NCBI GenBank assembly: GCA_002269645.1
Contig: NIVC01003645.1
Location: 1 to 55,078, forward strand
DNA from: Macrostomum lignano
Taxonomy: Eukaryota
Length of the DNA: 55,078 nt
Direction: 5' to 3'
Part shown: piece by piece, positions 45,569 to 55,078 of the stretch
How the letters are laid out: every line of letters begins with the position of its first letter
Position numbering within the stretch: position 1 is the stretch's first letter
Notes under the pieces: generated by a model
Database searches by the model: none
What the model saw: the letters and a program-made list of their open reading frames with translations, nothing else
Told to the model about the DNA's origin: nothing
Program-made: the position numbers and the translations under genes

Positions 45569-48500
45569 CGCTGCATCCGTCATTTGGTTCACTTGCTGCT
45601 CACAAGCCGCAGCAGCAGCAGCCGCTATCCGTGCAGGCAGTCAGTCTCTTTGTGAATTTTCTGGTGGATCTGAAGAAAACCCGTCCGGCACAGGATTAAA
45701 GAGAAAGAGACGATCTGTTTTGGGTGAGTATTATCTGCTGTAGAAGTATTGTACACCAGAGTACTTGTGTTACTTGGTAGAGCACAATTCAAAAGCAATG
45801 CATCAATCTCAGTGGCATTGTTGGGACACAAGCTACAAACGCATTGAATAGTAAACACAGCCCAGCCTAGCTCAAGGCTAGTAATTTGTTGGGCATTTAT
45901 TGGGACATTGCAGCCAGGCCTATTTTTTGAACAGCATTTGTTGGGTCGCACTTATTGGGACAATACTGATTCTAATCGCGACTACTTCTGAGTTCTGACT
46001 TTTCAAAACAGACCCAGCATTAGTTGAACACGTTCTATTAAAGGGTTCCTTTATAGCCTATTAATGATTACTAAAGGCAAGCCTATCTTAATTGATTTCT
46101 TTTCCTCGCAGATTCTGAAGTCAGCCACGCCAGCGACATGCCTAAGAGACAAGAATGCGCTTTAACGATCAGCAGCGAGCATTCTGATCTCGCCGCTGCA
46201 TCCGTCATTTGGTTCACTTGCTGCTCACAAGCCGCAGCAGCAGCAGCCGCTATCCGTGCAGGCAGTCAGTCTATTTGTGAATTTTCTGGTGGATCTGAAG
46301 AAAACCCGTCCGGCACAGGATTAAAGAGAAAGAGACGATCTGTTTTGGGTGAGTATTATCTGCTGTAGAAGTATTGTACACCAGAGTACTTGTGTTACTT
46401 GGTAGAGCACAATTGAAAAGCAATGCAACAATCTCAGTGGCATTGTTGGGACACAAGCTACAAACGCATTGAATAGTAAACACAGCCCAGCCTAGCTCAA
46501 GGCTAGTAATTTGTTGGGCATTTATTGGGACATTGCAGCCAGGCCTATTTTTTGAACAGCATTTGTTGGGTCGCACTTATTGGGACAATACTGATTCTAA
46601 TCGCGACTACTTCTGAGTTCTGACTTTTCAAAACAGACCCAGCATTAGTTGAACACGTTCTATTAAAGGGTTCCTTTATAGCCTATTAATGATTACTAAA
46701 GGCAAGCCTATCTTAATTGATTTCTTTTCCTCGCAGATTCTGAAGTCAGCCACGCCAGCGACATGCCTAAGAGACAAGAATGCGCTTTAACGATCAGCAG
46801 CGAGCATTCTGATCTCGCCGCTGCATCCGTCATTTGGTTCACTTGCTGCTCACAAGCCGCAGCAGCAGCAGCCGCTATCCGTGCAGGCAGTCAGTCTATT
46901 TGTGAATTTTCTGGTGGATCTGAAGAAAACCCGTCCGGCACAGGATTAAAGAGAAAGAGACGATCTGTTTTGGGTGAGTATTATCTGCTGTAGAAGTATT
47001 GTACACCAGAGTACTTGTGTTACTTGGTAGAGCACAATTGAAAAGCAATGCAACAATCTCAGTGGCATTGTTGGGACACAAGCTACAAACGCATTGAATA
47101 GTAAACACAGCCCAGCCTAGCTCAAGGCTAGTAATTTGTTGGGCATTTATTGGGACATTGCAGCCAGGCCTATTTTTTGAACAGCATTTGTTGGGTCGCA
47201 CTTATTGGGACAATACTGATTCTAATCGCGACTACTTCTGAGTTCTGACTTTTCAAAACAGACCCAGCATTAGTTGAACACGTTCTATTAAAGGGTTCCT
47301 TTATAGCCTATTAATGATTACTAAAGGCAAGCCTATCTTAATTGATTTCTTTTCCTCGCAGATTCTGAAGTCAGCCACGCCAGCGACATGCCTAAGAGAC
47401 AAGAATGCGCTTTAACGATCAGCAGCGAGCATTCTGATCTCGCCGCTGCATACGTCATTTGGTTCACTTGCTGCTCACAAGCCGCAGCAGCAGCAGCCGC
47501 TATCCGTGCAGGCAGTCAGTCTATTTGTGAATTTTCTGGTGGATCTGAAGAAAACCCGTCCGGCACAGGATTAAAGAGAAAGAGACGATCTGTTTTGGGT
47601 GAGTATTATCTGCTGTAGAAGTATTGTACACCAGAGTACTTGTGTTACTTGGTAGAGCACAATTGAAAAGCAATGCAACAATCTCAGTGGCATTGTTGGG
47701 ACACAAGCTACAAACGCATTGAATAGTAAACACAGCCCAGCCTAGCTCAAGGCTAGTAATTTGTTGGGCATTTATTGGGACATTGCAGCCAGGCCTATTT
47801 TTTGAACAGCATTTGTTGGGTCGCACTTATTGGGACAATACTGATTCTAATCGCGACTACTTCTGAGTTCTGACTTTTCAAAACAGACCCAGCATTAGTT
47901 GAACACGTTCTATTAAAGGGTTCCTTTATAGCCTATTAATGATTACTAAAGGCAAGCCTATCTTAATTGATTTCTTTTCCTCGCAGATTCTGAAGTCAGC
48001 CACGCCAGCGACATGCCTAAGAGACAAGAATGCGCTTTAACGATCAGCAGCGAGCATTCTGATCTCGCCGCTGCATCCGTCATTTGGTTCACTTGCTGCT
48101 CACAAGCCGCAGCAGCAGCAGCCGCTATCCGTGCAGGCAGTCAGTCTATTTGTGAATTTTCTGGTGGATCTGAAGAAAACCCGTCCGGCACAGGATTAAA
48201 GAGAAAGAGACGATCTGTTTTGGGTGAGTATTATCTGCTGTAGAAGTATTGTACACCAGAGTACTTGTGTTACTTGGTAGAGCACAATTGAAAAGCAATG
48301 CAACAATCTCAGTGGCATTGTTGGGACACAAGCTACAAACGCATTGAATAGTAAACACAGCCCAGCCTAGCTCAAGGCTAGTAATTTGTTGGGCATTTAT
48401 TGGGACATTGCAGCCAGGCCTATTTTTTGAACAGCATTTGTTGGGTCGCACTTATTGGGACAATACTGATTCTAATCGCGACTACTTCTGAGTTCTGACT

Positions 48501-51234
48501 TTTCAAAACAGACCCAGCATTAGTTGAACACGTTCTATTAAAGGGTTCCTTTATAGCCTATTAATGATTACTAAAGGCAAGCCTATCTTAATTGATTTCT
48601 TTTCCTCGCAGATTCTGAAGTCAGCCACGCCAGCGACATGCCTAAGAGACAAGAATGCGCTTTAACGATCAGCAGCGAGCATTCTGATCTCGCCGCTGCA
48701 TCCGTCATTTGGTTCACTTGCTGCTCACAAGCCGCAGCAGCAGCAGCCGCTATCCGTGCAGGCAGTCAGTCTATTTGTGAATTTTCTGGTGGATCTGAAG
48801 AAAACCCGTCCGGCACAGGATTAAAGAGAAAGAGACGATCTGTTTTGGGTGAGTATTATCTGCTGTAGAAGTATTGTACACCAGAGTACTTGTGTTACTT
48901 GGTAGAGCACAATTGAAAAGCAATGCAACAATCTCAGTGGCATTGTTGGGACACAAGCTACAAACGCATTGAATAGTAAACACAGCCCAGCCTAGCTCAA
49001 GGCTAGTAATTTGTTGGGCATTTATTGGGACATTGCAGCCAGGCCTATTTTTTGAACAGCATTTGTTGGGTCGCACTTATTGGGACAATACTGATTCTAA
49101 TCGCGACTACTTCTGAGTTCTGACTTTTCAAAACAGACCCAGCATTAGTTGAACACGTTCTATTAAAGGGTTCCTTTATAGCCTATTAATGATTACTAAA
49201 GGCAAGCCTATCTTAATTGATTTCTTTTCCTCGCAGATTCTGAAGTCAGCCACGCCAGCGACATGCCTAAGAGACAAGAATGCGCTTTAACGATCAGCAG
49301 CGAGCATTCTGATCTCGCCGCTGCATCCGTCATTTGGTTCACTTGCTGCTCACAAGCCGCAGCAGCAGCAGCCGCTATCCGTGCAGGCAGTCAGTCTATT
49401 TGTGAATTTTCTGGTGGATCTGAAGAAAACCCGTCCGGCACAGGATTAAAGAGAAAGAGACGATCTGTTTTGGGTGAGTATTATCTGCTGTAGAAGTATT
49501 GTACACCAGAGTACTTGTGTTACTTGGTAGAGCACAATTGAAAAGCAATGCAACAATCTCAGTGGCATTGTTGGGACACAAGCTACAAACGCATTGAATA
49601 GTAAACACAGCCCAGCCTAGCTCAAGGCTAGTAATTTGTTGGGCATTTATTGGGACATTGCAGCCAGGCCTATTTTTTGAACAGCATTTGTTGGGTCGCA
49701 CTTATTGGGACAATACTGATTCTAATCGCGACTACTTCTGAGTTCTGACTTTTCAAAACAGACCCAGCATTAGTTGAACACGTTCTATTAAAGGGTTCCT
49801 TTATAGCCTATTAATGATTACTAAAGGCAAGCCTATCTTAATTGATTTCTTTTCCTCGCAGATTCTGAAGTCAGCCACGCCAGCGACATGCCTAAGAGAC
49901 AAGAATGCGCTTTAACGATCAGCAGCGAGCATTCTGATCTCGCCGCTGCATCCGTCATTTGGTTCACTTGCTGCTCACAAGCCGCAGCAGCAGCAGCCGC
50001 TATCCGTGCAGGCAGTCAGTCTATTTGTGAATTTTCTGGTGGATCTGAAGAAAACCCGTCCGGCACAGGATTAAAGAGAAAGAGACGATCTGTTTTGGGT
50101 GAGTATTATCTGCTGTAGAAGTATTGTACACCAGAGTACTTGTGTTACTTGGTAGAGCACAATTGAAAAGCAATGCAACAATCTCAGTGGCATTGTTGGG
50201 ACACAAGCTACAAACGCATTGAATAGTAAACACAGCCCAGCCTAGCTCAAGGCTAGTAATTTGTTGGGCATTTATTGGGACATTGCAGCCAGGCCTATTT
50301 TTTGAACAGCATTTGTTGGGTCGCACTTATTGGGACAATACTGATTCTAATCGCGACTACTTCTGAGTTCTGACTTTTCAAAACAGACCCAGCATTAGTT
50401 GAACACGTTCTATTAAAGGGTTCCTTTATAGCCTATTAATGATTACTAAAGGCAAGCCTATCTTAATTGATTTTTTTTTTTCTCGCAGATTCTGAAGTCA
50501 GCCACGCCAGCGACATGCCTAAGAGACAAGAATGCGCTTTAACGATCAGCAGCGAGCATTCTGATCTCGCCGCTGCATCCGTCATTTGGTTCACTTGCTG
50601 CTCACAAGCCGCAGCAGCAGCAGCCGCTATCCGTGCAGGCAGTCAGTCTATTTGTGAATTTTCTGGTGGATCTGAAGAAAACCCGTCCGGCACAGGATTA
50701 AAGAGAAAGAGACGATCTGTTTTGGGTGAGTATTATCTGCTGTAGAAGTATTGTACACCAGAGTACTTGTGTTACTTGGTAGAGCACAATTCAAAAGCAA
50801 TGCAACAATCTCAGTGGCATTGTTGGGACACAAGCTACAAACGCATTGAATAGTAAACACAGCCCAGCCTAGCTCAAGGCTAGTAATTTGTTGGGCATTT
50901 ATTGGGACATTGCAGCCAGGCCTATTTTTTGAACAGCATTTGTTGGGTCGCACTTATTGGGACAATACTGATTCTAATCGCGACTACTTCTGAGTTCTGA
51001 CTTTTCAAAACAGACCCAGCATTAGTTGAACACGTTCTATTAAAGGGTTCCTTTATAGCCTATTAATGATTACTAAAGCAAGCCTATCTTAATTGATTTC
51101 TTTTCCTCGCAGATTCTGAAGTCAGCCACGCCAGCGACATGCCTAAGAGACAAGAATGCGCTTTAACGATCAGCAGCGAGCATTCTGATCTCGCCGCTGC
51201 ATCCGTCATTTGGTTCACTTGCTGCTCACAAGCC

Positions 51235-51300
<66 letters not shown>

Positions 51301-53775
51301 GCTATCCGTGCAGGCAGTCAGTCTATTTGTGAATTTTCTGGTGGATCTGAAGAAAACCCGTCCGGCACAGGATTAAAGAGAAAGAGACGATCTGTTTTGG
51401 GTGAGTATTATCTGCTGTAGAAGTATTGTACACCAGAGTACTTGTGTTACTTGGTAGAGCACAATTCAAAAGCAATGCAACAATCTCAGTGGCATTGTTG
51501 GGACACAAGCTACAAACGCATTGAATAGTAAACACAGCCCAGCCTAGCTCAAGGCTAGTAATTTGTTGGGCATTTATTGGGACATTGCAGCCAGGCCTAT
51601 TTTTTGAACAGCATTTGTTGGGTCGCACTTATTGGGACAATACTGATTCTAATCGCGACTACTTCTGAGTTCTGACTTTTCAAAACAGACCCAGCATTAG
51701 TTGAACACGTTCTATTAAAGGGTTCCTTTATAGCCTATTAATGATTACTAAAGCAAGCCTATCTTAATTGATTTCTTTTCCTCGCAGATTCTGAAGTCAG
51801 CCACGCCAGCGACATGCCTAAGAGACAAGAATGCGCTTTAACGATCAGCAGCGAGCATTCTGATCTCGCCGCTGCATCCGTCATTTGGTTCACTTGCTGC
51901 TCACAAGCCGCAGCAGCAGCAGCCGCTATCCGTGCAGGCAGTCAGTCTATTTGTGAATTTTCTGGTGGATCTGAAGAAAACCCGTCCGGCACAGGATTAA
52001 AGAGAAAGAGACGATCTGTTTTGGGTGAGTATTATCTGCTGTAGAAGTATTGTACACCAGAGTACTTGTGTTACTTGGTAGAGCACAATTCAAAAGCAAT
52101 GCAACAATCTCAGTGGCATTGTTGGGACACAAGCTACAAACGCATTGAATAGTAAACACAGCCCAGCCTAGCTCAAGGCTAGTAATTTGTTGGGCATTTA
52201 TTGGGACATTGCAGCCAGGCCTATTTTTTGAACAGCATTTGTTGGGTCGCACTTATTGGGACAATACTGATTCTAATCGCGACTACTTCTGAGTTCTGAC
52301 TTTTCAAAACAGACCCAGCATTAGTTGAACACGTTCTATTAAAGGGTTCCTTTATAGCCTATTAATGATTACTAAAGGCAAGCCTATCTTAATTGATTTC
52401 TTTTCCTCGCAGATTCTGAAGTCAGCCACGCCAGCGACATGCCTAAGAGACAAGAATGCGCTTTAACGATCAGCAGCGAGCATTCTGATCTCGCCGCTGC
52501 ATCCGTCATTTGGTTCACTTGCTGCTCACAAGCCGCAGCAGCAGCAGCCGCTATCCGTGCAGGCAGTCAGTCTCTTTGTGAATTTTCTGGTGGATCTGAA
52601 GAAAACCCGTCCGGCACAGGATTAAAGAGAAAGAGACGATCTGTTTTGGGTGAGTATTATCTGCTGTAGAAGTATTGTACACCAGAGTACTTGTGTTACT
52701 TGGTAGAGCACAATTCAAAAGCAATGCAACAATCTCAGTGGCATTGTTGGGACACAAGCTACAAACGCATTGAATAGTAAACACAGCCCAGCCTAGCTCA
52801 AGGCTAGTAATTTGTTGGGCATTTATTGGGACATTGCAGCCAGGCCTATTTTTTGAACAGCATTTGTTGGGTCGCACTTATTGGGACAATACTGATTCTA
52901 ATCGCGACTACTTCTGAGTTCTGACTTTTCAAAACAGACCCAGCATTAGTTGAACACGTTCTATTAAAGGGTTCCTTTATAGCCTATTAATGATTACTAA
53001 AGCAAGCCTATCTTAATTGATTTCTTTTCCTCGCAGATTCTGAAGTCAGCCACGCCAGCGACATGCCTAAGAGACAAGAATGCGCTTTAACGATCAGCAG
53101 CGAGCATTCTGATCTCGCCGCTGCATCCGTCATTTGGTTCACTTGCTGCTCACAAGCCGCAGCAGCAGCAGCCGCTATCCGTGCAGGCAGTCAGTCTCTT
53201 TGTGAATTTTCTGGTGGATCTGAAGAAAACCCGTCCGGCACAGGATTAAAGAGAAAGAGACGATCTGTTTTGGGTGAGTATTATCTGCTGTAGAAGTATT
53301 GTACACCAGAGTACTTGTGTTACTTGGTAGAGCACAATTCAAAAGCAATGCAACAATCTCAGTGGCATTGTTGGGACACAAGCTACAAACGCATTGAATA
53401 GTAAACACAGCCCAGCCTAGCTCAAGGCTAGTAATTTGTTGGGCATTTATTGGGACATTGCAGCCAGGCCTATTTTTTGAACAGCATTTGTTGGGTCGCA
53501 CTTATTGGGACAATACTGATTCTAATCGCGACTACTTCTGAGTTCTGACTTTTCAAAACAGACCCAGCATTAGTTGAACACGTTCTATTAAAGGGTTCCT
53601 TTATAGCCTATTAATGATTACTAAAGCAAGCCTATCTTAATTGATTTCTTTTCCTCGCAGATTCTGAAGTCAGCCACGCCAGCGACATGCCTAAGAGACA
53701 AGAATGCGCTTTAACGATCAGCAGCGAGCATTCTGATCTCGCCGCTGCATCCGTCATTTGGTTCACTTGCTGCTC

Positions 53776-53807
<32 letters not shown>

Positions 53808-55078
53808 TATATCCGTGGCAGGCAGTCAGTCTCTTTTGTGAATTTTCTGGTGGATCTGAAGAAAACCCGTCCGGCACAGGATTAAAGAGAAAGAGACGAT
53901 CTGTTTTGGGTGAGTATTATCTGCTGTAGAAGTATTGTACACCAGAGTACTTACTTGTGTTACTTGGTAGAGCACAATTCAAAAGCAATGCAACAATCTC
54001 AGTGGCATTGTTGGGACACAAGCTACAAACGCATTGAATAGTAAACACAGCCCAGCCTAGCTCAAGGCTAGTAATTTGTTGGGCATTTATTGGGACATTG
54101 CAGCCAGGCCTATTTTTTGAACAGCATTTGTTGGGTCGCACTTATTGGGACAATACTGATTCTAATCGCGACTACTTCTGAGTTCTGACTTTTCAAAACA
54201 GACCCAGCATTAGTTGAACACGTTCTATTAAAGGGTTCCTTTATAGCCTATTAATGATTACTAAAGCAAGCCTATCTTAATTGATTTCTTTTCCTCGCAG
54301 ATTCTGAAGTCAGCCACGCCAGCGACATGCCTAAGAGACAAGAATGCGCTTTAACGATCAGCAGCGAGCATTCTGATCTCGCCGCTGCATCCGTCATTTG
54401 GTTCACTTGCTGCTCACAAGCCGCAGCAGCAGCAGCCGCTATCCGTGCAGGCAGTCAGTCTCTTTGTGAATTTTCTGGTGGATCTGAAGAAAACCCGTCC
54501 GGCACAGGATTAAAGAGAAAGAGACGATCTGTTTTGGGTGAGTATTATCTGCTGTAGAAGTATTGTACACCAGAGTACTTGTGTTACTTGGTAGAGCACA
54601 ATTGAAAAGCAATGCAACAATCTCAGTGGCATTGTTGGGACACAAGCTACAAACGCATTGAATAGTAAACACAGCCCAGCCTAGCTCAAGGCTAGTAATT
54701 TGTTGGGCATTTATTGGGACATTGCAGCCAGGCCTATTTTTTGAACAGCATTTGTTGGGTCGCACTTATTGGGACAATACTGATTCTAATCGCGACTACT
54801 TCTGAGTTCTGACTTTTCAAAACAGACCCAGCATTAGTTGAACACGTTCTATTAAAGGGTTCCTTTATAGCCTATTAATGATTACTAAAGCAAGCCTATC
54901 TTAATTGATTTCTTTTCCTCGCAGATTCTGAAGTCAGCCACGCCAGCGACATGCCTAAGAGACAAGAATGCGCTTTAACGATCAGCAGCGAGCATTCTGA
55001 TCTCGCCGCTGCATCCGTCATTTGGTTCACTTGCTGCTCACAAGCCGCAGCAGCAGCAGCCGCTATCCGTGCAGGCAG
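45569..55078 (+). repeat. 625-bp tandem array (about 15 units, runs off the window end); each unit holds a 388-nt intron and a 237-nt exon-like segment
   Basis: The MPKRQ ORF recurs at 46138, 46763, 47388, 48013, 48638, 49263, 49888, ~50515, 51139, 51814, 52439, 53063, 53687 and 54327, with a partial copy near 54950. Each unit has the acceptor TTTCTTTTCCTCGCAG and the donor TTGG/GTGAGT. Confidence 0.98.
46112..46348 (+). CDS. Representative repeated phase-1 exon (79 codons: DSEVSHASDMPKRQ...AAAAAAA...KRKRRSVLG); product unknown
   Basis: 237 nt between a strong acceptor and GTGAGT. Only the phase-1 frame is open; the other two hit TGA or TAA early. Expression is not shown. Confidence 0.45.

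Noticed and set aside
45625-54765. Repeated 101-108-aa minus-strand ORF (MRPNKCCSK...)
   Set aside because: It starts at a GTG, mostly covers the antisense of the intron, has no splice support, and is broken by a 4-nt insertion in one unit.
45569-55078. Spliced-leader RNA, 5S or snRNA tandem gene array (Sm-like AATTTTCTGG in each unit)
   Set aside because: No ATG/GT leader-donor junction upstream of the Sm-like site, and no match to 5S, U1, U2, U6 or the flatworm SL sequence as I recall them. An Infernal/Rfam scan would settle it.

Overview
Eukaryotic (metazoan) genomic DNA with GC-rich spliced genes and AT-richer introns; most of the larger introns are filled by their own minisatellite. The style (poly-Gln/Ala exons, minisatellite-filled introns, CORE-SINEs, RTE LINEs) resembles the flatworm Macrostomum, but the species call is an inference. 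Five genes can be rebuilt exon by exon with consistent splice phases. On the plus strand: the 3' part of a striatin gene (673-5400). On the minus strand, in a row: a small 101-aa MGCxxSK protein not visible in the ORF track (43258-42012), a DEG/ENaC channel with an in-frame TGA (39128-30118), a long-chain acyl-CoA ligase (29429-25112) and an MFSD2-type lipid transporter (20872-10998). The last 9.5 kb is a near-identical 625-bp tandem array in which each unit holds an intron and a frame-preserving 237-nt exon, apparently made by fusing two neighbouring exons. Mobile elements: four related tRNA-head SINE copies (two with the full CORE domain, one chimeric with a LINE tail, one with a different body), a second SINE type, RTE fragments and a MITE. 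Several minisatellites are built from factor-binding consensus motifs (YY1, Pol III B-box, GC-box), and RFX X-boxes recur. No CRISPR array, rRNA or true tRNA gene was found. Everything was read by eye; no searches were run.
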